Assembly: GCA_963720565.1 (NCBI GenBank)
Contig: CAVRFW010000007.1
Coordinates: 32,001-96,000, forward strand
Direction of reading: 5' to 3'
From: Candidatus Bathyarchaeota archaeon
GTDB lineage: Archaea > Thermoproteota > Bathyarchaeia > Bathyarchaeales > Bathycorpusculaceae
Length of the DNA stretch: 64,000 nt
The position numbers and the translations under genes were made by a program. This document shows positions 10,610 through 21,543 of this stretch, piece by piece; the first letter of the stretch is position 1, and each line of letters opens with the position of its first letter. The notes below the pieces were generated by a model. That model ran no database searches, was not told where the DNA came from, and saw only the letters and a list, made by a program, of their open reading frames with translations.

Positions 10610-10822
10610 ATGAGTTTGCTGCGGAATGCTTTCGGACGGCTGCGGCGCGGGCTTCCAAAAATGGATTTCATGAAAAACAAGCACGAAGACTGCGCTAACT
10701 TTGATAATGGAGCCTGCAAATTCTTTCATTTCACCAATGTGGACCCTAAGGGGCAAGCTTGCCCGCACTTCAAAGCTAAGAAGAAGGCAGAAGTTGAAAC
10801 CGCCGATGCAGGTCATGCCTAA
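10610..10822 (+). CDS. Small Cys-containing protein related to 2710..2958
   Basis: HEDCANF...C...ACPHF; GAAGGTG RBS before ATG 10610. Confidence 0.5.
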   Translation: MSLLRNAFGRLRRGLPKMDFMKNKHEDCANFDNGACKFFHFTNVDPKGQACPHFKAKKKAEVETADAGHA

Positions 10823-11079
10823 TTAAGCAATACTAGTGAAATGGAAAATCATCATTTATCTCGTTGTTTTTCATCAGATTTTCAGCCTCTCTAGTTACTC
10901 TCTTCTTTTTCTCTTCCAGTTCATCGTTTCCGTTAGTTCACTGGTTGCTAGATTGTATTCACACATACACTGTCCGGCAACGGCAGACGCTGTCAAGGGA
11001 GAAAGGGACAAATCGCTGCAACGCTTCAACAACATTGTTTAATACCGAGAATAGCCGCTTAGACTAATGGTGAAGAAAG

Positions 11080-11427
11080 TTGGTTCTTCAAAAAAAGAAT
11101 TTCAGTAAACCTGACGAGACTCAGTCGCCCCCGTATGTAAGGATAGAGAACATCAGAATAGGCGACATGACGATCTCGAAGCAAACCTATCAACCCGGAT
11201 GGCAATGGTCAAAACACATCAAACCTATCGCTAAAACAAATTCCTGTCAAGTGCACCATTTCGGAGTCTGGGTCTCAGGCAAGTTGCGCGTGAGAGCCGA
11301 TGACGGGCAAGAGATAGAATTTGGTCCCGGAGATGTATCTGACATTCCGCCGGGGCATGACGGCTGGGTCGTCGGAAACGAACCTGCAGTCTTCTATGCT
11401 TTCACACCTAAGTCAAACCCGAAGTGA
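11080..11427 (+). CDS. Cupin domain protein
   Basis: PGWQWS.H...SCQVHH.G...GPGD...IPPGHDGWVVG. Confidence 0.85.
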   Translation: MVLQKKNFSKPDETQSPPYVRIENIRIGDMTISKQTYQPGWQWSKHIKPIAKTNSCQVHHFGVWVSGKLRVRADDGQEIEFGPGDVSDIPPGHDGWVVGNEPAVFYAFTPKSNPK

Positions 11428-11616
11428 ACTACTCGCCCGTGAGGGTGAGCGTCTTTTTTCTGAAGCGCGCTACCGGGTCGTTCTTCTATCAGAATAGAGT
11501 GTTCTTCGAGGAGAGCTAAGTACCAGTCTGAAACATTCATGTATTGATGCTGACGTGAAACGCAGAGGGTTAGCACTTTGTCTGGCTCATTATGAGATTA
11601 GACATGGGTATGAGGA

Positions 11617-12123
11617 ATGAATAAGAAATTCACCGCAATAGCGTTGTCTGCATAATAATTGCCACATTGTCTCCACTAGCTAGCTACGTCTATTTCTGCA
11701 GTAGGTTTAACGCTACCTTCGAATCTTACAAGCTGCAAATTTGGGACTTATCACAAGAGAATGAGAAGCTTGAAGAAATTAAAAGATTCATGAATACATA
11801 CGAGAAAAGTCCGTATTTAATGAAGCCGTATCTTGTCACCAACTTGGGATGGTACGTCCATGGTAGCTCTGACCCGGTTCCTAGCTTCCAGAAACACATT
11901 CACCATCTACGGGGAAGTATTAAATGTTGGAGCCACAACAGCAGTAAACTGCAAGTTGATAGTTGATTTCTATGATAACGTGACATTGCTGCAATCATCA
12001 GAAGTTGACGTAGGAGATATTGGGTATTGGACAGATAATTATGTTAGAAGAGTTATTGATTGTGATTGTGCTGATTCTGTAACAAGAGTAGAAGTAACCC
12101 CGAAATGGTCTCTGATTGAATAA
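11617..12123 (+). CDS. Membrane-anchored exported protein, split by two frameshifts (~11645, ~11885)
   Basis: MNKKFTAIA/VVCIIIATL anchor joins ORFs 11667.. and 11833..12123; architecture resembles 41328..41792. Confidence 0.55.
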
Positions 12124-12215
12124 TTGAAAACTATTGGCTTAACGCCGCACGCGTAATTAGAATGGGCGAGACAGACTTTTCAGCAATTCAGAATTGCTTT
12201 GCGAAGAGTCTTGAT

Positions 12216-12651
12216 TTACGGAACTCCCGTCGGTGGTGCTGTAGCGCGCAGCACTTCATTTTGTCTCTCTAACTCAGCAATTTGACCCTTTAGCATTTCA
12301 GTTTGGTTTCTCAAAACGTAGATTTCGTGCCATGCTAGTAAGAGTTGATATTGTTTCTGATGTACTTCGCCAGTGAGTTCCTCATTTTCGGTCTGCAGAG
12401 TTTTAACCACGCCCGTGAGATTTCTTATTTGCCGAATTAAATCTTCACCAAGTGGGCTCCTGTTCTTCGAGAAGATTTTGTAGGGAGTTAACCTGATTGT
12501 TTAGGTCGCTTATTTTCTCATCTCTAGTGCGAATTTCTCCGTTAACGTAATTGCTCGTCGTAAAGTATGTTGCAAGTAGCAATGCTATGCAGACAATTCC
12601 AATTGACATGTTTCGCAGAGTTCTCTTCCTAGTTTGAATCGAATCATTCAT
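12216..12651 (-). CDS. Membrane-anchored coiled-coil protein, frameshifted near 12450
   Basis: TM segment followed by heptad-rich ORFs 12445..12651 and 12216..12410. Confidence 0.5.
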
Positions 12652-13038
12652 GGACTGGTTCTCCAGTCACAGATTATTCGACGGGAGCCTCTTAGTTCTA
12701 CTCAAGGAACAAAACGTTCCAACACCGGAACAACTTCAACTCGGTAAGCCGCGTTAAAGGAAGGTTTCTTAAGGTATTCTCTCCCGTTAGTGTAAGAGTT
12801 CCAGTCTAATACAAGAAAAAGCAAAACCTTGAAAAATAAGGGTAAACGGGGGTTTTAACCCAAATGCCCACGAAATGCGGACGCGATTTTTTGGAATAGC
12901 AGATAAACGTGAGAAAGTGGAGTTGCGCGAGTGTAGATTTCGAACTCTGGCGGGTTTTATGCGAATGTTGAAATACCGCACGCAACAAATGAAATGTGCA
13001 CGTGCTATACTGACTAGGCTTTAGGCGTTTGAGAATCT

Positions 13039-14271
13039 ATGAGAGCTATGTATTCTGTTGTTATCCTTGCCCTTTCCACTTTCATTGTCAACATGGGCGC
13101 AAGCATGATGACTCCCTTTCTCCCGGTGTATGCCAAGTCGTTTGGCGCGACGCTTGGAATCGAGATAGGTCTTTTCACCTCCATGTTTCTTTTGACCAGG
13201 ATTTTCATGAATTATTATTCAGGCAGGAAGTCTGATCGGCTGGGGAGGAAGAGGCTGATTGTGTTGGGCATTGTCATCTGTGCTTTTTCCTCGTTTCTCT
13301 TTGCTATTCCTGTGGGTTGGTATGCTATTTTGGGTGTGAGGGCTCTTCAGGGTGTGGGTTCAGCCATGGTGTGGGTTCCGTCTACGGCTCTTTTGGGGGA
13401 TCTTATACCGCGGGGGAGGAGGGGGTTTGCAATGGGAGTGTATAATTCTCTTTCTATGGCTGGGTGGGTGCTTGGTCCTGGGCTGGGCGGTGTAGTGCAG
13501 GGTTATTTCCGTACTGCGGGTTTGATGTCGCTTGAGGGGAGTTTCCAGGCGGTTTTTTTCGCGTTTGCCCTCTTGCAGGCGGCTGCTCTCGTGTTAGTTG
13601 TTGCCGTTATCCGGGAGCCAGGGGTTAGGCATGGAGGTGAGGCAGAGGAGGAGGTCAGCCAGGAAATGGATGTTTCTGTGAAGAGGTCTCTTTTGGTTAT
13701 GTCGCTTCTGGTTTTCTCTTTCGCGTTTATAGTTGCGCTTATCGAGCCTCTTCTCGTGTATCATGCCCAGCTGGCGTTTGGTCTCTCGGCGGACGAGGTC
13801 ACCTCGAGCATGACAGTTGTTTACCTGGCCTCTGGAGGTCTTGTTATTGGGGCTCAGTTGGTTGCGGGCTTGCTTGCGGACCGTTTCAGCAAGAAGGTCA
13901 TAATTGCCGTTTCGGCCTTAGCTGCCCAGGCTTTGGCGTTTCTGATGCCGTTCGCTGTAGACGTTGCGAATGTGGGTGTCTTGATTGTTCTGTGGTACGG
14001 TTTCTTCAGCCTCGCCACGCCTGCTTACCTGGCGCTTCTGCAGGATCTGTTTCCCCAGCGCCTCAGGGGAACGTTGACCGGGGCGTTCCTGACGATATTT
14101 GATTTGGGCTCGTTAGCTGGACCGATTCTCGGGTTTTTAGTCTATGACAACGTCTCGGCAGCGCTGCCGTTTATAATGAGCGGGATGCTTGGCGTCCTCA
14201 CGGTGATCGCGTTCTTTGCTTACGTGAGGGAACCTGCTCGGGAAGGAAGAGAAATGCGAAAGACGGATTAA
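13039..14271 (+). CDS. MFS transporter
   Basis: About 12 TM segments; GRKSDRLGRK and LADRFSKK motif A. Confidence 0.92.
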   Translation: MRAMYSVVILALSTFIVNMGASMMTPFLPVYAKSFGATLGIEIGLFTSMFLLTRIFMNYYSGRKSDRLGRKRLIVLGIVICAFSSFLFAIPVGWYAILGVRALQGVGSAMVWVPSTALLGDLIPRGRRGFAMGVYNSLSMAGWVLGPGLGGVVQGYFRTAGLMSLEGSFQAVFFAFALLQAAALVLVVAVIREPGVRHGGEAEEEVSQEMDVSVKRSLLVMSLLVFSFAFIVALIEPLLVYHAQLAFGLSADEVTSSMTVVYLASGGLVIGAQLVAGLLADRFSKKVIIAVSALAAQALAFLMPFAVDVANVGVLIVLWYGFFSLATPAYLALLQDLFPQRLRGTLTGAFLTIFDLGSLAGPILGFLVYDNVSAALPFIMSGMLGVLTVIAFFAYVREPAREGREMRKTD

Positions 14272-14303
14272 GCTGGTGTCTGAAGAATAGAGTCAATAAA
14301 TCG

Positions 14304-15960
14304 TTGGAGAGAGGCTTTCTGACCGACCACACCCGCCTTGTACAGGAGATAGAGGATACGATCGTTAAGGATTTCGGGATGACTTACCCCGAGATCAAGC
14401 GTTTTCACTCTTCGCTTTTGGGAAGCATAACCGCTCAGGCCAGCAGGTCCCCCGTGTACGAGGGGCTTGCAACGGTCTCAGACGTGGCTCGTCTAGGCGA
14501 GCTTCCCTTGACGACTTATTCTCATGTTCAGGATTGTTTCGATCGGCTTGGCGTTGAGAAGGTGCTGCAGGCTCCGGCAGCTAGGTTTTGGCACACGTCT
14601 GGTTCGACGGGGAAACCCAAGAAGGTCTACTATGGGAAGCGCGACTTGGATGAGATTGCCCAGGGGCTCCTCCAGTTGCTCTATCTTTGCGGGGCTAGAC
14701 CGTGGAATAGTGCCTGGGTGTTCACGGCGAGCGGTGGAGAGACTCTCTTTGGCTTAGTTTTGGACAAGTACGGATTGGAGGGAACCATAAGTCCTCTGGC
14801 GGGTGAATTGGACCTGATTAAGGCTCTAAGGGAGGCGTCTAGGCTCGATAAGATAGATGTCATGGTTGGGGTGACGTGGCTGTACCTGCTAATGGATAGG
14901 ATCGTGAAGGACCCCCAGGATTTTAAGAGGCTCGTGGCAGGCGAGGTGAAGAAGAAGGTGAAGATCCTAGGTCTCTCTTGGCTTGTGACGCGGTATCTTC
15001 TCAGGGGCATTGACTATGCCCGGCTTGACCGCTCATTGCAGAACGCGAGGCTTGGCTTTTCCCATGCTGAAGCCCTCTCGCCTTATCTGCCTAAGATCAG
15101 GGAGGTTTACCCTAACCTAGAGATGCATGATGTCTTCGGGGCAACGGAGCAGTGGGTCCAGGCCATACAGGTCTCGCCTGAGAAGAATTGGCTTAGCTTT
15201 TTCCTCAGATACTCCATACCCGAGATAGCTCCGCCGGAGGAGATCCTGAAGGGGAAAGACTGACAGGAGCTACAGGGTGAAGGGTGTGCCGTGGTACGAG
15301 TGGGAGAAGGGCTTGAAAGGGGAGCTTATGCTTACGCGCGCTAACGAGTGTTTGCCGCTGGTGAGGTACGCCACGGGCGATCTCGTGGAGGTGATGGACC
15401 CTGCCTTCAGCTTTGAGGTTATGCTTGAGCGGGGGAAGCTGCAGATTACTCTCCCGGCCATAAAGGCGCTGGGGAGAGCTGCGGACTCGGTGGACTTCGC
15501 TGGAGCGGACGAGTCCGGTAACTTTCTGGGCTTCAAGGTCTACTCGCGACAGATCAATGACGCCCTGATGGGGATAAAAAACGTGAGGTGGTGGGAGCTC
15601 TACCACGTGAAGGGGAGCCCCGGCAAGTTCGTCTTCCTAATAATCCCGGAGAACACTGTCTCTGATGAGACCGCATTTAGGAACGAGATCCTGCGTTCCC
15701 TTGTTTACATGTTTGATGACTTCACGGCAGCTGCCCAGGGGAGAGCATTCCTGGTGGGAGGGACCGCTGCCATGGAGGACCAGAGGAACTACTTGGATCT
15801 AATGATAACGCGACCATCTGCCTACGACTTGATTGACGCGGAGATCAAACGGAGAATAAGAGAGGGAAGGACCATGGGGCAGCTCAAACCCAAGAGGGTC
15901 TACGTAGTGGACAACGCCGAGGCCTTGACCGCTCTCACGCAGGAGAAGATGGAAGCCTAA
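14304..15960 (+). CDS. GH3 / phenylacetate-CoA ligase-like adenylate-forming enzyme, frameshifted near 15260
   Basis: TSGSTGKPK, FGATE and LPLVRYATGD motifs are spread across ORFs 14304..15263 and 15277..15960. Confidence 0.75.
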
Positions 15961-16047
15961 GACCGGTTTTCTTCAAGTAGAGCGCACTGACGTTAAAGAG
16001 CGAAACACTTATTGGTCATTCTCTTCAGGAAAGTAGTTGGTGATTGT

Positions 16048-16386
16048 ATGAAGATTACGCGTGTTTATGAAATTGGCGGATTTCAGAATCCTCATGCAGT
16101 TGAAGCGAAAAGATTGTATGACACAGACAATGCTGAAGCAATTCACATGGCGTTGAAGCCGGGGCAATCCTTGAAAAAGCACATCACGCCAGTGGATGTC
16201 TTCTTCTATATTCTGGAAGGCAAAGGCATCGTTGAGATTGGCGACGAAAAACAAGACGTAGAAAAGGACATGCTAATAGAGAGCCCGAAAAACTCGCCTC
16301 ATCTGCTTCGCAACACTGGACAAGACACCTTTAGGTTTCTAGTGGTGAAAGTGCCTAAGCAGAAAGAACCTACAAAATTCCCCTGA
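16048..16386 (+). CDS. Cupin_2 domain protein
   Basis: LKPGQSLKKH...FYILEGKG...SPH.LRN. Confidence 0.85.
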   Translation: MKITRVYEIGGFQNPHAVEAKRLYDTDNAEAIHMALKPGQSLKKHITPVDVFFYILEGKGIVEIGDEKQDVEKDMLIESPKNSPHLLRNTGQDTFRFLVVKVPKQKEPTKFP

Positions 16387-16625
16387 GTCGGCAGCGCACG
16401 CTTGGAATAATCCTTCTGAGGTTGTTACTAGTTTATCCCATGTCCTTTTTCCATGTTGTTTGGCAGTCTTCGCGTGGCCACACTTTCTTTTATGTCTAAT
16501 AATTGTCTAAATAGTTGTACATATGTATATTTCATATTTACATATATGAACAATAGTCCACAATACTTAAATAATTCTGGACAACAGATGTGTTAGAAAC
16601 TGGTTTGGTTGGAGTGGGAACAGAG

Positions 16626-16700
16626 ATGAAGCGCAAATTCAAAGATTGCGAGAAAACCGGAATCGATCCGATAAAGTTAGCTATAGAAGAGGAGGTGTAG
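16626..16700 (+). CDS. Putative 24-aa peptide MKRKFKDCEKTGIDPIKLAIEEEV
   Basis: GGAG upstream; its 3' end carries the RBS of the next sORF. Confidence 0.3.
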   Translation: MKRKFKDCEKTGIDPIKLAIEEEV

Positions 16701-16705
16701 GACAG

Positions 16706-16813
16706 ATGTCTGACTTTGCAATTGCCTTAGCTGGGGCGGCCTCACTTTTCTTTTCATTTGTATACTACAGAATGGAAAGAAACAGCAGAATATTGAACTC
16801 CAAAAAAGAGTAG
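16706..16813 (+). CDS. Putative 35-aa single-TM micropeptide MSDFAIALAGAASLFFSFVYYRMERNSRILNSKKE
   Basis: GGAGGTG RBS, hydrophobic helix with a basic tail, and a T-tract downstream. Confidence 0.5.
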   Translation: MSDFAIALAGAASLFFSFVYYRMERNSRILNSKKE

Positions 16814-16999
16814 GCAAAACCCCTATTTTTATTTTTTCAGCATTCTACCATGGCTGGCGTTTTGCTATGCCACCTGATGAGATCGCGCTACTGCTTCTCC
16901 ACTTTTTGTGAACAGCTAGCAGGTATCCGCCGAAGCCCGGTATCCACACAATGTTTAGAAGGCTGCCGCGCGCTACGTAGTTTTCCTTTCAATGAGGAC

Positions 17000-17764
17000 T
17001 CATTCTACAATTCTCTTGAAGCTTATAGAGGCCAAGACAAACATTGCCCCGTCAAATAACGCTATGGCTAGCAAATCGATTGGAAGGTTAGACAAGTTCC
17101 CGCTAATCATCAGGCCTCTTACAGCGTCGACTATGTAACTCATGGGGTTGAAACGCGAAAACTCCTGCAAGATGGGAGGCATAATCGAGACAGGGTATAG
17201 TGCGTTGCTTGCAAAGAAAAGAGGAAAGGTTATGGCTTGGCCTATGCCCATGAATCTTTCTCTGGTCTTCAGGAAAGAGGCAATGAGGATGGATATTGCT
17301 GCAAATCCTCCGGAGGCAAAGAATACGATTAGGAGAGCCAAAACAAAATACGCGATGTTAGGGAAGAAATTGACTCCGACAAGTAATGCCACTGGAACGA
17401 TGATTAGGGCTTGAAATACAGCCCTGACGCCAGAAGCCATCGATCGGCCTATGACAGTGGCATATCTGCTGGCGGGTGTAACGAGAAGCTTCTTCAAGAT
17501 TCCTGAGTCTCTTTCCCAGACAATGGTTAAGCCGTAGAAGATGGAAACGAAAGTTGTTGACTGTATGAGTATGCCTGGAGTAATGAAGTCCGTGTAAGGT
17601 ATACCGCCGGTTGGTATCGCTGCAATGCTGCTCATTATGGTGCCGTAAACCACTATCCATAGAATAGGTTGAATTGCTCTAGTATAGAGTTCTGTTCTGT
17701 CATGTTTTAGTCTGCGAAGCTCGAGTTCAATCATCACGAGCATTGTTCTCAAAGAGTCTAGCAA
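17000..17764 (-). CDS. ABC-2 transporter permease (DrrB-like)
   Basis: Y..FITPGI, ERDSGILKKLLVTP and FNPMSY. Confidence 0.9.
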   Translation of the reverse strand: MLDSLRTMLVMIELELRRLKHDRTELYTRAIQPILWIVVYGTIMSSIAAIPTGGIPYTDFITPGILIQSTTFVSIFYGLTIVWERDSGILKKLLVTPASRYATVIGRSMASGVRAVFQALIIVPVALLVGVNFFPNIAYFVLALLIVFFASGGFAAISILIASFLKTRERFMGIGQAITFPLFFASNALYPVSIMPPILQEFSRFNPMSYIVDAVRGLMISGNLSNLPIDLLAIALFDGAMFVLASISFKRIVE

Positions 17765-17766
17765 AT

Positions 17767-18762
17767 CTATCCCCGCTTAATCATGCGTCTGGTTTGCGTG
17801 ACGTCGCTGATTCGTCCGCCGGATTCAAGCCTTATTCCAGCATACTTTTGGAAAACGTCATCTAAAGTTGGCTTGGTTATGGAGGCGTTCGTAACAGAAA
17901 TGCCTTCCTCCCGTAGAACCTCGACAACATCAGGCAGAAGTGATTCAGCATCTTTGGTAATGACGGTTAATGCTGAATTGTTTATGATGACGTCGTTAAC
18001 TGAATTTAGCTTTCTGATTTCGCTCAAAGTGTCTTCGTTAACGCTATTGGATTCTATGCCGAGCATGATGACTTCGCCTCCGACTGAACGTTTAAGCTCT
18101 GCTGTTGTGCCTAACTTTACAATCTTTCCTCCATTGATTATGGCTATTTCGTCAGAGTATAAGTCGGCTTCATCCATGTAGTGCGTGTTGAAGAATATCG
18201 TGGACCCATGCTCTTCCCTGATAGAAGCGAGTTCCTCCCAGACCGCTTTTCTCGCAGAAGGATCTAAACCAATAGTGGGTTCGTCTAAGAATAGAATCTT
18301 GGGCTTTGTCAAAAGCGTGCATGCAATCTCAAGTCTTCTGATCATTCCGCCAGAATATGTCTTGACTAGCTGGTTTCCAACATCGCTTAAACCCATTTTT
18401 CCTAGTACGTCCTCAATAACTCTCTTCTTGGGTGATGGAACATTGTAGATTTTGGCGTAGATAAGGAGATTCTCGTAGCCGCTTATGTCGGTCCAAACGC
18501 TCATTTCTTGAGGGACATAGCCCACAAGTCGCCTTATTTTGGCGCCATCGCGGACCACGTCCAATCCGAAAACGGAGGCTGCACCCGAGGTGGGCTTAAG
18601 CTGCGTGGTCAAAATTCTTATCAATGTGGTTTTGCCGGCGCCGTTGGGACCGAGAACAGCAAAAACTTTGCCGACCTCAACTCTCAAATCAACGCCGTCT
18701 AAAGCCCTAACCTTGCCATCATAAACTTTTGTTAATCCTCTAACGTCAACAGCGAACTCCAT
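17767..18762 (-). CDS. ABC transporter ATP-binding protein (DrrA-like)
   Basis: GPNGAGKT, YSGGM, LDEPT and PTLDDVF. Confidence 0.93.
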   Translation of the reverse strand: MEFAVDVRGLTKVYDGKVRALDGVDLRVEVGKVFAVLGPNGAGKTTLIRILTTQLKPTSGAASVFGLDVVRDGAKIRRLVGYVPQEMSVWTDISGYENLLIYAKIYNVPSPKKRVIEDVLGKMGLSDVGNQLVKTYSGGMIRRLEIACTLLTKPKILFLDEPTIGLDPSARKAVWEELASIREEHGSTIFFNTHYMDEADLYSDEIAIINGGKIVKLGTTAELKRSVGGEVIMLGIESNSVNEDTLSEIRKLNSVNDVIINNSALTVITKDAESLLPDVVEVLREEGISVTNASITKPTLDDVFQKYAGIRLESGGRISDVTQTRRMIKRG

Positions 18763-18941
18763 ACTCCACCAAATACCTCGTTGAGTGAGTAAAGGATTCA
18801 GAAAAATTAACTCTGATTTAGGTCTTTCCTATCATGTCAGAAGGGCAGTGCACAGAAGAAATATGCAAGAGAGTCTATTCCAATTCAGGCATGTGTCCTG
18901 AACGAGCGCAACTCTTAGTGGTCAGCACGCGCTGGTTGGTT

Positions 18942-19673
18942 TTATTTCCATTTTGTCAGTATTTCTTCTCGTTGGAAAGTCGCTTTGCTTACATAGAACA
19001 GGGCTACGACTGCGATGGCCATTGCGCCTGATAGTATCAGCGCGAGCGTGTCGGCCGGCATGAACCCAATCGTTGAGCCTAGAAGTAGGATTAGTATGAT
19101 TGGGAGCACGACTAGACTGCCTAGCTGCTGTGCTGCCCTCACGTCGCTGACTCTGGAAGATACTATGACGTTGGCTTCTACACTTAGGATGCATGCTAGG
19201 GGTGCTACTAATCCGACTATGATGATCCAGTTCAAGTTTGGCAACAGGAAAACTCCGAGGTTCATGTACGACCAAGCATCTGCGACTACAACGTAGGCTG
19301 CGGCGCCGATGTAGGTTGCGAGAATGCAGGGAAGAAAAGCGGCTAAGCTTTTGCCGAATAATAGCTCTCCATCAGTTGTTGGGGTAGCCAACAGCGGCTC
19401 TAGGCTCTTCTCAATTTTTTCGCCGACGAAACTGTAGGAGGCGATGACTGTGGGAAGAATCGAGGCCATTACGGCAAAGTACATGTTGAGCACACTCAGA
19501 ATTAGAGTTACGGCTTCTGCGGGAACATCGGCGGGCAAGAAGAGCAGCATGACCAAGGGGAGTATGAGACCGAACATCAGCGGCATCGCAAGTATGGAGT
19601 AGAATATGTACTTGTTCTTTCTGAAAACGCTAAAGTCTTTGGTTGTGACGATCCAGGCCTTCCAGAACCTCAT
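18942..19673 (-). CDS. ABC-2 transporter permease
   Basis: SFVGEKIEKSLEPLLATP; six TM segments. Confidence 0.88.
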   Translation of the reverse strand: MRFWKAWIVTTKDFSVFRKNKYIFYSILAMPLMFGLILPLVMLLFLPADVPAEAVTLILSVLNMYFAVMASILPTVIASYSFVGEKIEKSLEPLLATPTTDGELLFGKSLAAFLPCILATYIGAAAYVVVADAWSYMNLGVFLLPNLNWIIIVGLVAPLACILSVEANVIVSSRVSDVRAAQQLGSLVVLPIILILLLGSTIGFMPADTLALILSGAMAIAVVALFYVSKATFQREEILTKWK

Positions 19674-20599
19674 TTGACATCGTTCTCCCTGATCATTTTT
19701 AGGTAAACATCCTCGAGCGTGGATCTGAGTTCGGTGACAAATTGCACGTTGGCGCCTGCAGCTATCAGAGTACGGACAATCTCCGGGTTATCGTGCTCGG
19801 GGTCGTCCACGTCGAGAACCAGTTTGTTGTCTACGACTCGCGCATTCTTGACCGCGCCGAGCTTTCTAACCGCGGCTAGTGCCTTTTCGTCGGTTCGTTG
19901 CAGGTGAACCACGGTCTTTCTGGCCTGCAAGCCCCTAGCCAAGCTTCCGGGCGCGCCGATCGTGAGTAGCCGCGTTTTAAGTATGCCGATGCGGTCACAG
20001 AGCCTCTCCGCCTCGTCGAGGTTGTGGGTGTTGATGAATATGGTTCGTTTCTCTCTTTTGAGTTCAAGAATGAAGTCTCTGACTGTTTTGGAGGCTTCAG
20101 GGTCCAAGTTTGCGGTTGGCTCATCCAAAAACAGCAGTTTTGGGTCATGGATTAGGGCTCGGGCGATTGCTATTTTCTGTTTGGTGCCCTTGGAAAAGGT
20201 GCCCACGAGATCGTTTCTTCTCTCCCAGATGCCAAGCAGGCTCAGCAGATGTTTTATGTTCTCTTCGCGTTTTTGGGGTGGAACCTCGTAGAGTTTGCCG
20301 TAGAAGTCCAGGTTCTTGATTGCGCTTAGGCTGTCGTATAATCCGACGTTTTCGGGCAGCAACCCAACCATCTTTCTGATTTCTAGGCAATCCTGGGGGC
20401 TGTCCACGCTGAGGTCGCCTATCCTTGCGGTTCCGCTGGTCTTGGCTATCAGGCAGCAGAGCATCCGTATCGTGGTGGTTTTTCCAGCTGCATTCGGCCC
20501 AAGAAAACCGAAAACTTCGCCATCATCCACCTTTAGGGTGAGGTCTTCTACTGCTGTTAGCTCGCCGAATTTTCTGGTCAAGTTTTCTGTTTCAATCAA
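19670..20599 (-). CDS. ABC transporter ATP-binding protein
   Basis: GPNAAGKT, FSKGT and LDEPT. Confidence 0.92.
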   Translation of the reverse strand: MIETENLTRKFGELTAVEDLTLKVDDGEVFGFLGPNAAGKTTTIRMLCCLIAKTSGTARIGDLSVDSPQDCLEIRKMVGLLPENVGLYDSLSAIKNLDFYGKLYEVPPQKREENIKHLLSLLGIWERRNDLVGTFSKGTKQKIAIARALIHDPKLLFLDEPTANLDPEASKTVRDFILELKREKRTIFINTHNLDEAERLCDRIGILKTRLLTIGAPGSLARGLQARKTVVHLQRTDEKALAAVRKLGAVKNARVVDNKLVLDVDDPEHDNPEIVRTLIAAGANVQFVTELRSTLEDVYLKMIRENDVK

Positions 20600-20626
20600 G
20601 CTTTAGCCCTATGCCCCGTGTTCTTT

Positions 20627-20884
20627 TCAAGTCTTCTCGTATTTCGAGTCTTCGATGCGTTTCTTCTCGTACTCTTCTTCGGTGAATGGCTTTTTTATGG
20701 TTTGCGTCTTCTCCGAAATAGGCCAAGTGATTGGGTCCTTGACTGAGGAGTAAAAGTTGAACCAGCCTCTCTTGTTGCAGGCAGGGCACTTCATAAGATG
20801 GTAGGGACCAACGTGCAGCGACAGTATGTTCGATAACCCAGCCTCGAAAACGTTTGTGCACTTCTTGCACTGAAGCCTTACCAT
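20627..20884 (-). CDS. Small zinc-ribbon protein
   Basis: CKKC...CPAC; sits upstream in the same operon direction as the ABC genes. Confidence 0.65.
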   Translation of the reverse strand: MVRLQCKKCTNVFEAGLSNILSLHVGPYHLMKCPACNKRGWFNFYSSVKDPITWPISEKTQTIKKPFTEEEYEKKRIEDSKYEKT

Positions 20885-21018
20885 AACAACCGCTACTCCA
20901 ATGTTCCCTTCTAATATTAATAATTAGCGAGGAGCGCGTGAAGATTTTGTTTAAGCTGAAGTCAAAACGAACTAAATAACTCCATTCCAAAGAATGGGGA
21001 AATCAGCGGCATCTCCAT

Positions 21019-21543
21019 TCATTCAAGATTGACTAGAATTTTTGGTTCTTTCCACTCTTCCCTCAGAATGCTGTATATGCAGTCGTCTCTCCATTTCCCT
21101 CTGCAGAAGAAGGTCTTTCTCAGAACACCTTCCCTCTTGAATCCGACCTTCTCAAGAGCTTTCCATGATGCTATGTTTTCTGGGTCAGCTTTGGCTTGAA
21201 TCCTCACTATGTTTCTTGAGAGGAACAAGTAGTCGATCATTATCTCAATGGCTTCGCTGACATACCCCTTGCCTCTTTCATCGGGCACAACAAAGTATCC
21301 AAGCTCTGTTTCGCCTGCTGCCAGAAAATGAGCAACGTAACCGATCTTTGTTCCGTCCTTCTTCTGCACAAAGAACCACTGTGCATCTTTGAGATTGTCG
21401 AAGGTTTTCTCCAACTCAGTTTTCGTCTCTTGTCTAAGAGGCTCATATTCACCCATAAACTCAGGAGTGTTATCCCATTCCTGCAAGACTCCTAGATCCT
21501 CTCTTTCCATTACTCTGAGGTTCACAGTTTTGCCTTCAAGCAA
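21019..21543 (-). CDS. GNAT N-acetyltransferase (RimJ/RimL type)
   Basis: RGKGY, NIASWKALEKVGF.REG and YSILREEW. Confidence 0.9.
   Translation of the reverse strand: MLEGKTVNLRVMEREDLGVLQEWDNTPEFMGEYEPLRQETKTELEKTFDNLKDAQWFFVQKKDGTKIGYVAHFLAAGETELGYFVVPDERGKGYVSEAIEIMIDYLFLSRNIVRIQAKADPENIASWKALEKVGFKREGVLRKTFFCRGKWRDDCIYSILREEWKEPKILVNLE

Noticed and set aside
12918..12947. tRNA 3'-end-like sequence on the minus strand (GAGTTCGAAATC...CCA)
   Set aside because: No cloverleaf or proper T-stem; at most a decayed att remnant
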